From NCBI RefSeq assembly GCF_902459465.1, contig NC_047063.1, forward strand, positions 9,486,001 to 9,550,000: a stretch of DNA of 64,000 nucleotides, in the 5' to 3' direction. How positions within the stretch are numbered: the first letter of the stretch is position 1; each line of letters begins with the position of its first letter. The notes under the pieces are model-generated. The model made no database searches. It was given only the letters and a program-made list of their open reading frames with translations, and was not told where the DNA came from. The position numbers and the translations under genes are program-made. Below, piece by piece: positions 19,325 to 31,424 of the stretch. Origin of the DNA: Asterias rubens (Eukaryota).

Positions 19325-21220
19325 CTACAAAGTTTCCTCTTGCTCAGCCGGTTCTAATCTCAGGGCACGAAGAGAGTTTGTTAGTTGTTGCCAACATCTC
19401 TCCTCATCCTTCGTATCCCATTCTAGACATGTGATCTTATCTCGGAGTGCTCTCAAGGTAGCCGGTAAAACCTCGACAGGTAGAGCGTCCATCAGGACGA
19501 GCAGAAGACGCGTCTCACTGCCCGGTTCTAAACACGCACCATCACCAGACCTGGCGACCCCGCCTACGGACGAGATCATCTGAGAGCACGCCATGTTTAG
19601 CTCCAGTAAGCACTGCCCGTTGGTGATGAACTCTCCATCAAGGAGGATGATGACTCCCCGGGATTTCTCCAAAGCTCTGGTCACGTTCGTCAGCTCGTCA
19701 GCACCGACTACAAAGTCTCGGAAGGACACGCACAGACGGAAGTTATTGGGTTCTCCTTCGATGCGTGGGATCATATCGGCAACAAACCCATCCATACTGT
19801 CGTGGTGACAGATGAACGCATCGTAGTCGTATCTAGCCTCTTCAAGGTGCTGCTCAACGGCTTGGTTACAGTCAACGTTGAACCTGTCGTACCTTCTGAA
19901 CAGCCCTACCCATTTTATTCGTAGTTTTCGGTGCATCAATACCGCCACTATGAGCAAAGCAATGCCTAGCACAATAACGGCTGAGGTAATGGAAACAGTC
20001 AGCCTCGTCACCGTGGAGTTTTGAGCAAAATCATTGGTAGTGTGATTCGTTGGGGCTGTTGTTCCTTGCATACTGCAGTTAGATTGCAGGTACCCGACGA
20101 GCCCCAGGTCCAGAAGGGATGTGTCTCGCAAATGTTCCGGCCTGCTACAACTGTACGTGAACGTTTCTGTTACGTCCAAAGTGTAATCATAGTCGTAGAT
20201 AGGTAATCTTAATTGCGTTAAGTACAGGTCTGACTTGACGAGCCATTTGATAAACGGTAGTAAGTCACATGTACAGCTAAAAGGATTGTTGGCCATATTG
20301 AGTATCTGTAGGGAAGATGCTCCCCTTAGTGAATCCAACTCCCTACACGTCACATCCATAATGCTATTCCCGGTAAGGTTTAACGATCTCAGGTTCCGAA
20401 TGTGAGACACGGACAAAGGAACCCTCTGCAAACCTGAGTGCGATATCTCCAGTTGGGTGAGGTTGGGAACTCTCTGGAAAGCGTTCGCCGAGACATTCAC
20501 CACTGTTGACTTTGCCATAATGAAGCTAGTTAGAGAGGGTAGATCGTACAGTGTGTGGTCAAGAAGTTGAGGAGGGTCAAAGTCTGTGTTTTCGATGTAG
20601 ATTTCCATTAGGGCGTGGAAGTATTGGAACTGCGGTGGTCGTATTGGGGTGCCGTTCCTCCATTTTCGCCTAATGCCGATGCGTTTCAAGGACGAGCTGT
20701 GTTCTAACAAACAGTCCATCGGTAAGCTGCTCATCTGAGTATCAATAAACTTTATGCTTTGCAGGGTCATGCCAGAAAATGCTTCTTTCTCGACCGAGAT
20801 CAGGTGAACATTCTGAAAGGTTAGGTTGACACGGGGTTTTGCCGCCACCAGTAAAGGGAATATATTTCCTGGGATGACTATCGGAGCTTTCCACGAGGGA
20901 AACGTTTCTTTAATTTTGAACAGACGGTTGAACCCATCATAGTATTGGACGAAAGTCAATTTCCACGGTTCTGGAGGCACCTCGCTCACACTTTGAAAGT
21001 TTGAAAAGTTGAAAACTGTTTGTAAGGACATAGAACAGTACACGACAGTTATAGTATAGGTGCCGGTATGGGGTATGCATTCACATCCGCTGATAGTGGT
21101 GTTGCATATTGAGACAAGGCGAGCTGGTTCTATGATTACTAAAAGTAGGAAGCATGAGCACAGAAGCCGACTGTCAGAACTATGATGCGCCATATTGCCG
21201 TTGGTTCTACAGGCAAACAT
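19325..21220 (-). CDS. Toll-like receptor, intronless, short ectodomain (copy 1)
   Basis: Signal peptide, Cys cap, LRRs (LxxLxLxxN), LRR-CT (NPFSCTCDL), TM and TIR (YDAFICH..LCVSFRDF..). ATG at 21220, alternative ATG at 21193; the ORF track starts at a non-ATG codon. Confidence 0.93.
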   Translation of the reverse strand: MFACRTNGNMAHHSSDSRLLCSCFLLLVIIEPARLVSICNTTISGCECIPHTGTYTITVVYCSMSLQTVFNFSNFQSVSEVPPEPWKLTFVQYYDGFNRLFKIKETFPSWKAPIVIPGNIFPLLVAAKPRVNLTFQNVHLISVEKEAFSGMTLQSIKFIDTQMSSLPMDCLLEHSSSLKRIGIRRKWRNGTPIRPPQFQYFHALMEIYIENTDFDPPQLLDHTLYDLPSLTSFIMAKSTVVNVSANAFQRVPNLTQLEISHSGLQRVPLSVSHIRNLRSLNLTGNSIMDVTCRELDSLRGASSLQILNMANNPFSCTCDLLPFIKWLVKSDLYLTQLRLPIYDYDYTLDVTETFTYSCSRPEHLRDTSLLDLGLVGYLQSNCSMQGTTAPTNHTTNDFAQNSTVTRLTVSITSAVIVLGIALLIVAVLMHRKLRIKWVGLFRRYDRFNVDCNQAVEQHLEEARYDYDAFICHHDSMDGFVADMIPRIEGEPNNFRLCVSFRDFVVGADELTNVTRALEKSRGVIILLDGEFITNGQCLLELNMACSQMISSVGGVARSGDGACLEPGSETRLLLVLMDALPVEVLPATLRALRDKITCLEWDTKDEERCWQQLTNSLRALRLEPAEQEETL

Positions 21221-21857
21221 AAACAAAACGGTGCATTGCAATCAATAACTTTTTAAAAAGCCACAACTTTGCAACTGGACACTTTTGGTAATTACTCACA
21301 AATAATTGTTGGCAAAATGTCATAATTATAGTAAAGACTTCAGCTCAAGCCTTTTATTATGCATAAATTATTATGAAAGCGCACAAAGTAATACATCATC
21401 ATTCTCTCGCAAATTTGATGACAAATTGAGCTTAAATTTCACAGGTTTAATACTTTATTCACACCAAATGAGAGTACTGGTCTGGGACAATTACCAAAGG
21501 TATCCAGTGCCTTTAAGCAAAACATGCGCTTACTTGTACGTCATATAAACGTCAAATATCATATAACTGTAAGTGTATAATACAGGAATTGCATGAAAAC
21601 ACATTCCACTTTATACTATAATATAGGTCGCATATAATCTATTCCATTAGCACTTCACATTTTGGACAAAATCACAAATTCGTAATGACTAAAGAGTATT
21701 CGGTAGTACGGGTTTCATTTTTTTCTTGCTCCTGTTGAAGGAGGTGTATACTGGTCTAGCTACAATCTAGGTCTATTACATCTTGCTATATGTGGCTGTT
21801 GACTAGCGAAAAAGCACTGGTTTTACTTCAAAATGTGTCACAACTTTTGACAACTTA

Positions 21858-22026
21858 AATAAGGGAATCAATGTGTGGTGAAGAGGTTTTCAACTAGTGG
21901 TTTAATCCCAACGAGGCCTGGTTCTTGATGATTTTACCGAGACTAAGTCGAGGTAAATTATAAAGAACCAGGTCTCGGCGGGTTTAAACCACTAGTTGAA
22001 AACCGATTCAACACAATTTGATTCCC
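21858..22026. repeat. Palindromic interspersed repeat (partial copy at ~41262-41345)
   Basis: GGGAATCAATGTGTGGTGAAGAGGTTTTCAACTAGTGGTTTAA with an imperfect inverted counterpart ending GATTCCC. Confidence 0.7.
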
Positions 22027-22707
22027 ATTCATAAATACGTTTTCGGTCAAAAACATCATCACTTTTTGGTCAAAAAGTAAAATAAATGCAAACATTATAA
22101 TATTGTTAAATGATTTCTTTCAACACAACACCCCTCCCAGCTATGAAATGGTAAAGCCCTCCGCCGCCCTCGGGTAAACAACTCCTTTTAAGGGAATGCT
22201 GTGCGCGTCGCGCGTATCGCGTAATGTGGCACAACTGTTTCAGCCGTTGCTCTCGACCAATAGGAATGAAGAAACTGTCTTATAAGAACAGGTGCAAGGT
22301 CGCGTGTCACGCCCATGAATTAACACTTTTTACCGGTCATAAACAAAGGTTTATACACACCCACGTGACGCACTCTCCACCAATAGGAATAGCGAAACTG
22401 TCTGAGGTATTTATGTATACATATTTAAATTAACAGCTTCTGAAACAAAACATGATTGTGTACTCACAAGGGAAAGAACGGTGTTCTTCGCATGAGCTTT
22501 GGAAAGGCGTCACAAAAAAGACAAACCAGCAGGAGAACACCAAACTTGATAACTGGATGTTTTATTCCGCAGCAAATGAATGCGAAAATGCTGATGCACG
22601 TGTATCAAATTATTGTTCCTGTTTAGATCTTTATCGTTAGCACCAATAGTCATATGCTTGTTCTATTATATAAACAAATTGTGTCAGTGACCGTCCATTA
22701 CGTTTAA

Positions 22708-23444
22708 AGGCAGTGGACACTATTGGTAATTACTCAAAACAATTATTAGCATAAAACCTCACTTGGTAACGAGTAATAGGGAGAGGTTGATAGTATAAAA
22801 CACTGTGAGCAACGGCTCCCTCTGAAGTGACGTAGTTTTCAAGAAAGAAGTGATTTTTCACGAATTTGATTTCGAGACCTCAAGTTTAGAATTTGAGGTC
22901 TGGAATCAAGCATCTGAAAGTACACAACCTCGTGTGACAAGGGTGTTTTTTCTTTCATAGTTATATCTCGCAACTCCGACGACCAATCGAGCTCAAATTT
23001 TCACAGGTTTGTTGTATTAAGCATAAATAATGTTGAAATACACCAAATGAGAAGACTGGTTTTTGACAATTACCAATAGTGTCCATTGTCTTTAAAGGCA
23101 CTTGACACTATTGGTTATTCAAATTAGTTGTATACAAACTTACTTGGTAACGAGCATTGAGAGCTGTTGATAGTATAAAACATTGTGAGAAACGGTTCCC
23201 TCTTAAGTAACGTAGTTTTTGAGAGAGAGGTAATTTCTCACTTAAATAATTGAATTTGATAAGAGGCCACAGCCGAGGTCTCGAATTCAAGGCATCCTTA
23301 AGCATACAACTTGTGCGACAAGGGTGTATTTCTTCCATTATTCTCTCGCAACTTTGTCGACCAATATTGAATCCAATTTTTTTCACAGGTTTGTTATTTT
23401 ATGCTTATAATGTTGGGATACACCAAAGGTGTCAATAATTGCCT
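22708..23444. mobile_element. Two abutting Kolobok-like MITEs sharing one TTAA (23092-23095)
   Basis: Copies at 22708-23091 and 23096-23444. Confidence 0.8.
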
Positions 23445-24846
23445 TTAAAAAAAAGATTACACGGAAAATTGTAATATTAAGCCTATCGGATCTAACACGT
23501 GCGGGGTTTAATAACCAGCATCATGGATTGTGTCTATGTCCATTAGACATATTAATTGCGGACAGCAACATAAACAGTGTCTCATTTAGAATAATTTTTG
23601 GAAGGTTTTACTATACAATAACATGAAGTTTGAAACCAGTAAAACTTTCAGATTGCAAATGTTTTTTTTTTTTTTTTCTTCTTGGTAGTTGCCAATCCTG
23701 GAAATTCTCTTTAACATCTGGATCAAAATGAAAACATCTCTATGTACGTTTAGTTTTCACTTTGAGTGGAAAGCAATAGTTAGAAAGTTCGCAAAGGTGA
23801 AGGGCGTTTGGCATCCATTATGTTTCCCTTTCTTTTCAAATGATGTTATTGACAACGTAAAACGGGAAACGGACTGCATGTTGAAAACCTTTATTGGGGA
23901 GGTTCAGGTGCATTTTACGCGAGCATATACGTGAACGTGAACGTCAGAAAGTTGTGTTGTTAAAAACTCACGTTTTTAGCATACTTGAAGTTATAATTTT
24001 TTACGCAAAGGAACGTTATACGTGCAGACGTCATAAGTTGGCATGAAATAATGCCCAAAGTGGTGACGTCACTTGGCAACACAAATATGAGAATGAAACG
24101 TGCTTTTATTATAACATTAACTTTTTTACCTGTTTCAGCCAACTCTTGAATATGCAACCAAAAGTAACGAAGATATGCTTGACTTCCGTATGTGTATAAA
24201 ACTAAATACTGAACAACTTTCCTTTCAACCAGGCTGATAGATACAAATAATAACCCCATTACTCACAAACTAATGACAAAGACAACATTGAGGTTTCATT
24301 TTTGAAGAAAGCTTAAGATTATAATATTTGCTTTGAGCTGTTATGTAGTAATTCGTTTTTGCTCTATAATGGCAGAACGGTGTCAGAGGCCGCAAAATGA
24401 TAAGGCCGGTTTTGTTTTTTTTGTTTTTAACGTGATGAAGGGAGATTTAATACATCACATTGAGTCAACACTCTAAAAAAGAAGCGTACAAGCTTACTTG
24501 CTGAGTAAATGTGCTGGGTACGAAAGTTGAGTACCTTCTTACGCAATGTTGGGCAACGAGGCGATTTGGCGGGCTAGTGCCCTCGAGAAGGTAACTTGTA
24601 CCTTTTTAAAGTGCATAAAAAATTAGCCAGTGTAAGCAACTTATGTGTACCAATAAACATTTTCCTCGCCACAGGGTCAGATTTACCTTGCAACGTACTA
24701 AAAAATGCTCTTTTTGTGGTAAAATGTTGCACGTAATTGGGTAAACTGCTCCACGTGGAAACCATTTTACCCATAATGCAAAGTGCACATTACACACACA
24801 TGGACGTATCGTACAAGTCGCATGGCACAAGTCATAATCAAAGATG

Positions 24847-26982
24847 TACGGAAGCGTATATAGGACATACCGGAAAAGACATCGGGCTCCACTATTTCGC
24901 CCGGGTGGATTACTATTTCGCCCGGGCGGATTATTATTTCGCCCGGGCGGATTACTATTTCGCCCGGGCGGATTACTATTCAGTGTGTAAAAGGAAAAGC
25001 GAAATCATACATGTAGCCCCGTGTAAACAGACCCGGAGATGAGAACATTATGACCACAACAAAATCCGTTTTAATGGAAGAAAACATTATGTGCATCTAT
25101 GAATGTTTGTTTGTTTGTTTGTTTTGTTGTTGTTGTTTTTTTTTTTGGGGGGGGGGGGGGGGGCAGGCACAGTAAATAGTAAAACCGGGACGCACTCAAC
25201 ACGTTCAAAAGGCTAGAGGTTTATTATTTTATAATTATTCCTCATTACATGGAGAGAGATGTATTGGAATCCAAGCTTTAAAAAACCGTATGAGGCGTTA
25301 ATATGTACTGTATAAAGTTCTTTTTAGGGAGGGGGCAAGGTAGAGGGGTATAGGGTTTGGATAAGATAGAAAGTGCGAGGAAGAGGGAGACCGACACTAT
25401 CCATGCAGAAAGTACTAAGGCCAAAATAATTCTGGAGCGGGAAATTCGAAACCAAATCCGGCGACAAGGGGGGTGGTGGGAGGTGGTTGTTTGGAGAAGG
25501 AAAAGACAAGTAATCTTGTGGGCAGCTCGTCTGGTTGTATGTGCTAAGAAAAGTGATCATGTGACACATTGATAGATTTGCGAAAAGTCCCGATACGTAA
25601 CCACTCTCAAAACGTCGTGGTTGTTAGCTCTAGTTTGTAAAGCCGCTTTTAGTCCAGGAGCTTATGGTGATCCGTAGAAAATAAATGATTAGAAGATGCC
25701 ACCTAGCTAGTTACCTTCTTTAGGTCTTACAAAACAAGAAAATGCATGTTGGCAAAATTGAAAATCTGGCAGATGGCGGCCATCTTGGATTTCAAAATGG
25801 CCACCATTTAAGTTATATTTTTCCTTCATGTTTGGCTGTGAATGTCATAAAACGGTGATTTTTGTGACTAGAATTACATAAAAGGTACAACTGAATTGTT
25901 TCAGATGGCGGCCATCTTGGAATTAAAAATGGCCGCCTTTTTATGTATTTGTTTCCATAACTTTGGCAATGTTGTTGTAAAATCCTGTTTTGGGTGACTA
26001 AAGTAACATTCGCAATGACTATCAAGCTATACAAGCTAGCATTAATATAATTAATATATATATAAGACCAATAGAAACAATATTGCACCAATAAGTTAAA
26101 TTGCGTCCATTTTGAAATCCAAGATGGCAAACATGGTTTTCTTGTTCCTGAGAGTCTTATTTAGGTATCTAGCCAGGTGGCATGTTCTAATCATTTATTT
26201 TCTACGGGACTTAATTTTTGGTCATAAGCTCCCCGACTATTTGTTGCAGCGTCGAGGCAAACCACTAATCAACTAGAGAACAAAGCAAACTCCCAGACAT
26301 GACGTCAGCGGCATTGTCCTTTGACTTTCGCCGTCAACGGCAGATGTGTTTTAAGTTTTTCACAACCTTAGGTTGGGGCCTGATTTTTTAGTCGATAATT
26401 ACAAAAAATTCAGAAGTGTACACATATCAAAATTACATAAAAATGGTGAACAAGTGCATTATTATCAAGTTAAAATACATTTTCGTTGGAATCATCTCAT
26501 CTTTTTTCAAAAGCCTATACTGTACGGCGCCATGAGCAACGATTGTTGGACTAGCGCTTTATAAATTTAACAATTGATTGATTGATTGATAATCGGTGTG
26601 GTCTCTGGTAATAAACCATTCCCTGACAGTTTGATGTTGATTAGTGGTTTTCCAAATAGTCAAAGGAATGGTTAGAACAGATCTTATGTTTGTTATTTAA
26701 ATGCGTTCACACGAAAGAAAGAGTGGGGGGGGGGGGGAGGCTGGAAGGGGTTAAAGAGAACTTTTATCAGGCGATGTTTGTTAAGGTAAAAGTGAAATCA
26801 TACATGTAGCCCTGTGTAAACATGCGGCCTCGTAATCCGCCCGGGCGAATTAGTAATCCGCCCGGGCGAATTAGTAATCCGCCCGGGCGAAATAGTCATC
26901 CGCCCGGACGAAATAGTAATCCGCCAGGGCGAAATAGTGGAGCCCGATTTTTTTTCCGGTATGTCCTATATACGCTTCCGTA
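24847..26982. mobile_element. Non-autonomous TIR transposon, IS3EU-like
   Basis: TIR TACGGAAGCGTATATAGGACATACCGGAAAA, 6-bp TSD AAGATG on both sides, and inverted 21-bp subterminal arrays. Confidence 0.8.
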
Positions 26983-27700
26983 AAGATGGATGGGGTGGAC
27001 GTAATTCTGATGTTGCAGGTCGTTGATGTCTGATGTTCATTTAACCACGGTTGTCAAGAGAGAATTTTGGCTTTATGGTAGTTATTCTGTTTGAGGAACA
27101 ACAGTCTGTTGAAGGGAGAAATGCATCACTAGGAAAGACGCGGATAGTAGCTTCAACAATTTCGTCAATAACAAAAAATGAGTAAATTACGACGCAACCC
27201 CTGTTGCGTAGCGTTTTACCCTCCAAACGACCATGTTCCCTCTTGAACACCACAAAGAGTAACATTTTACGAAACATTGGGTATTTTTTTCTTAGAGTGA
27301 ATGCACACGACATACCGATACAAAGGGTTTTCAAGACACACTTCCCCCAACCTAACAAAATCAAGACTGCATGACATACATTTTGTATTAATATTATCTT
27401 AACACTATTATAGCTTTAAGAGACCTACAATATAAAGTGTTCAGTTGATTCTGGTTAATGTTCTGGTAAACATTGTCAATATTATGCCATGTGAAACACA
27501 TTGACGAAAAGCATATTGCTGTACCTAAAGAGGTGGGCAACTATTGGTCATCATTATGTGGCCAACGTCAATGCGACTGTTCTGACGTCTAGTACGGGCG
27601 GTTTGTCGTGACGGGCGCTATTGAGAGAGTTGAATGAGCGGGTCGACCGCGGTGCTAGCTGTGCGTGAAAGGTAAACGTGACGAACGCCTTGCCCGGAGA

Positions 27701-29596
27701 CTAACGTCTAGCTAAAAGAGCGCGCTGTAGTTGCCCCCAACATCTATCCTCATCCTTCGTATCCCATTCTAGACATGTCATCTTATCTCGGAGTGCTCTC
27801 AAGGTAGCCGGTAAATCCTCGACAGGTAGAGCGTCCATCAAGACGAGCAAAAGACGCGTCTCACTGCCCGGCACTAAACTTGCGCCGTCACCAGGCCCGG
27901 TGACACTGTCTACAGACGCCACCATCTGAGAACATGCCATGTTTAGCTCCAGCAAGCACTGACCACTGGTAATAAACTCTCTATTCAATAGGACGATGGT
28001 AGCTCGACTGTTATTCATGGCGCTCGACACATTGTCCAGATTGTCGACACCAACCAGAAAGTCTCTAAAAGACACACACAATTGTAAATTGTGCGGTTCC
28101 TGCTCTAGTTTTGGTACCATCGTTAGTGCGACAAATTCGGCCATACTATCATGATGGCAGACGTACGCATCGTATATACGGTTAACTTCTATAAAGTTGA
28201 CAGAGTTAGTTGAGTGTTGGCGGGAACCAGACTCGGTGCTATGGCGTCTGAAAAAAACAAAGCACCTTCTCTTCAGTTTCTTATGCAGTATCAAACTGCT
28301 TGCTATGACCGCTACACTTAAGACAGCCAACACTGTGACTATGGGAACAATAACGTGATACTGCGGCGGCCCGAAGTCACCCCCTGGACTTACGTCATCA
28401 CCTTTCTTCGTGGTTTGGAGTAGGCCTACTGAATCTGGTGATGTCACTGATGACGTGGTACCCATAAGCAGCTTTTCCGTGACAACCTCGCTGCAGTTTG
28501 TCTCCAAGGCAGAAACCAAATCAGGCGATGTCAGCTCGATCTTGGAGAACTTCAAAGGATATTTGCAAAAGACGTTTCCTGGACCAATATCCAGAGATGC
28601 CTCCCTCAGCCACCGTATAAACGGCAGCATATCACACCTACAGTCGAAGGGGTTGCCTCTGAGTGAAAGCCCCCTCAAGTTAGTTAAACCTGTCAGAACT
28701 TCAAGGACTGCTTGATCGACAGTCTCTATCTTATTCCCTTGCACGTCAATCTTGGCCAGTTCTGGCAGCTTACTCAGTAGGTTGGCATCAAGGGACTTAA
28801 TGTTGTTATCAGATAGGTCCAAGTACTTCAAGGTTTTTAATCCGCTCAGTGTAGATGGCATCACCATCAAGTTATTACCGGATAGATCGAGTGATTTCAA
28901 GCTTGGTAGATCCACGAGAAGTAAGGTTCTAATGGTGCTGCTATCAGACGCTGTGATTTCCAATTGACGCAGGGAAGGTAAATTGGTGAACATCAGTGAT
29001 GTTGATGAAGCTACCCGCGTATATTCGATGGTGACTCTCTCCAGAACGTCAAGAGAGTGAACAGGGGGAAATGTTATTGCCGTGCCGTCGACCGATACAA
29101 TATTATACACAGTAACACTCAGCAGGGAGTGACTGACATCTCGTAGAGCCTCCGAGGGGAACTCGTTCATTGCTGATCCAGAAAATGTTACGTGCTGTAT
29201 CTCAAGTCCCCGGAGTGAACCTCTAATGAGTGGAGCGAAGTTGTCGATCAGATAAAACCCTAGGGAACTGGGCGATGAGGAGGAGCTGTTCGCGAAGGCC
29301 ACAAATGCATCTGGTGGGACGACGAAAGGCTCCCTGGAATGCTGCGCATTATTATGAAGTTCGAGTCCGTAAGGCTCTGATGGAAATTCGGTCACGATAC
29401 TGAACTGAGCGAAGTCGAAGTCAGGACTGCTGACGTCACATGAGACAGATAAATAAATCGGGCCAAAGAAGCTGTTCAAACAGTTGCAAGTCGGTGCATC
29501 ACAGAGCTCCAATGACGTCACATTGGGAAAGATGAGGATGCCCCCCACCAGGGTAAAAAAATACAGAAGATGATGTTGGGTATCACCACAATACAT
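27701..29596 (-). CDS. Toll-like receptor, intronless, short ectodomain (copy 2)
   Basis: Same architecture: LRRs (LKSLDLSGNNL, LKYLDLSDNNI), NPFDCRCD LRR-CT, TM and TIR (YDAYVCH..LCVSFRDF). First ATG at 29596. Confidence 0.93.
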   Translation of the reverse strand: MYCGDTQHHLLYFFTLVGGILIFPNVTSLELCDAPTCNCLNSFFGPIYLSVSCDVSSPDFDFAQFSIVTEFPSEPYGLELHNNAQHSREPFVVPPDAFVAFANSSSSSPSSLGFYLIDNFAPLIRGSLRGLEIQHVTFSGSAMNEFPSEALRDVSHSLLSVTVYNIVSVDGTAITFPPVHSLDVLERVTIEYTRVASSTSLMFTNLPSLRQLEITASDSSTIRTLLLVDLPSLKSLDLSGNNLMVMPSTLSGLKTLKYLDLSDNNIKSLDANLLSKLPELAKIDVQGNKIETVDQAVLEVLTGLTNLRGLSLRGNPFDCRCDMLPFIRWLREASLDIGPGNVFCKYPLKFSKIELTSPDLVSALETNCSEVVTEKLLMGTTSSVTSPDSVGLLQTTKKGDDVSPGGDFGPPQYHVIVPIVTVLAVLSVAVIASSLILHKKLKRRCFVFFRRHSTESGSRQHSTNSVNFIEVNRIYDAYVCHHDSMAEFVALTMVPKLEQEPHNLQLCVSFRDFLVGVDNLDNVSSAMNNSRATIVLLNREFITSGQCLLELNMACSQMVASVDSVTGPGDGASLVPGSETRLLLVLMDALPVEDLPATLRALRDKMTCLEWDTKDEDRCWGQLQRALLARR

Positions 29597-30345
29597 GATG
29601 ACTGACTTGACACGACCAAAATGACGGATACACTTTAGATTTTGTGGATTTCCCACGAGGCTCTATACACTGAGTCACTGGTGTTCAACTGCACTGGTTT
29701 TTAGTGATAATTTTGAGTATTTTGTGGGCATGATCACTGTGACATAGTCATTCACCCACTCAGTGGGCCCAAGTTGCCTGCTAGCTTGAGTCGGGCTCGA
29801 TGTCTATTACACTGTAGTCACTGTGTATCTAAAACAATTCTTCTGGATGACACTGTTAACAGGTTTGACAGCATCATGAGTTGTATTCCCTGCCCCCTGG
29901 CTATGAAAAAAACCCATTATACCTCAGTGTGTCTGCAACCAACGCTTTTTCAGGTGAACATTTCCGGGGAAAAAAAACCAGTTTCAGTTCAGCTGAAACT
30001 GTTGTTATCTTTACCGAGGTCATAGAATACTCCATCGCAACCACTAGGAAACAGCACCTTCCACTTTCATTCAATCATTCATGATTGTGTTCTGTGTGAG
30101 TGCAATAGGTAGATGGAGGCATTCATTGCCAAGAATTCCTTTGAAATGTGATCTAATTAGTTTGTTTCTTTTTTCTTTTCTTATGATGTGGAAAGTTTTG
30201 TTTTTTGTAATGATGTGGAAAGTAAAAGTCAATTTTTAATGAATTGAAATTGAAAAGACTGGGATGGAAAGAAAATTGATTAGACTTACTCGATTGGGTG
30301 ATTTCTAAATTGTGTGCCTGTTTTTTTAATATGCTTTCTTTTTAA

Positions 30346-30721
30346 AGGCAGTGGATACTATTGGTATTTACTCAATATAATTATTGGCATAAAACCTTTC
30401 TTGGTGACGAGTAATGGGGAGAGGTTGATGGTATAAAGCATTGTGAGAAACGGCTCCCTCTAAAGTGCAATAGTTTTCGAGAAAGAAGTAATTTTCCACG
30501 AATTTGATTTCGAGACCTCAGATTTAGAACTTGAGGTCTCGAAATCAACCATCTAAACGCACACAATTAGTGTGACAATAATTATTTTTCTTTCATTATT
30601 ATCTCGCAACTTCGATGACCGATTGAGCTCAAATTTTCACAGGTTTGTTATTTTATGCATTGTTGAGATACACCAACTGTGAAGGCTAGTCTTTGACACT
30701 TTCCAATAGTGTTCACTGCCT
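30346..30721. mobile_element. Kolobok-like MITE family A
   Basis: TTAA flanks and TIRs. Confidence 0.8.
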
Positions 30722-31424
30722 TTAAACATTATTTCGGTTGTTGAGTACTCAAGATTCTCAGAAACGCGAAATTATTCACTATGAACTCCTTGGAGAGAAG
30801 ACAATGAAAGAAGTTTCAGTTATGAAAACACCCGCACAGTAGTGTGCTACAAACCACAAATCCAGATTATTTAGTTGAGGGCGCTCTTTCAAGTAAACCC
30901 TCTTCTAAAAGCGTTTTCGAAACGCACTGATTTGCCGTCGGTCGTTTTTTTTTGCGAGAGGGGTGGGGGTGGGGGCGGGGCGGCGGCAACCTATCCCTAA
31001 ATTGGTACCCCATGTCACTTTTTCATTTTGTGCTACTCAGTAGCTAGAATCTGTTAGAGGATAATAGGGACCAGTCTATCATACTACCATAACAATCTAT
31101 AGCAACTAAGGTGAAGTTTGATTGGTTGAATGATAGAAGTATCCACTTGTTTACCCAATCAGCTTCACCAATGTATAATTGAAACTGTGCTCCCATATTA
31201 ATATTGCATCCAAGTTTGGTCGATGAGCACGACGTACCTTGGTGTTGACGGTTGATGACAGCTAGCTTGTTATTTGATTCTTAAGAAATTCGTCGTGTGT
31301 AGAGAGAGGAATTTAGCAGTAATAGGTACTTCTAGTGCTGCAAGTGGTGGGATAAAGTCTACCTTCGTTTTCGGTTGTGGACCAAAAAGAGAATTCATTC
31401 ACAGGACAGGCGTCGTCAAAAATC

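Noticed and set aside
24469-27299. Transib-like element (CACTCTAA..TTAGAGTG) enclosing the IS3EU-like insert
   Set aside because: The flanking 5-mers (GTCAA vs AATGC) do not form a TSD, so the ends may belong to different copies.
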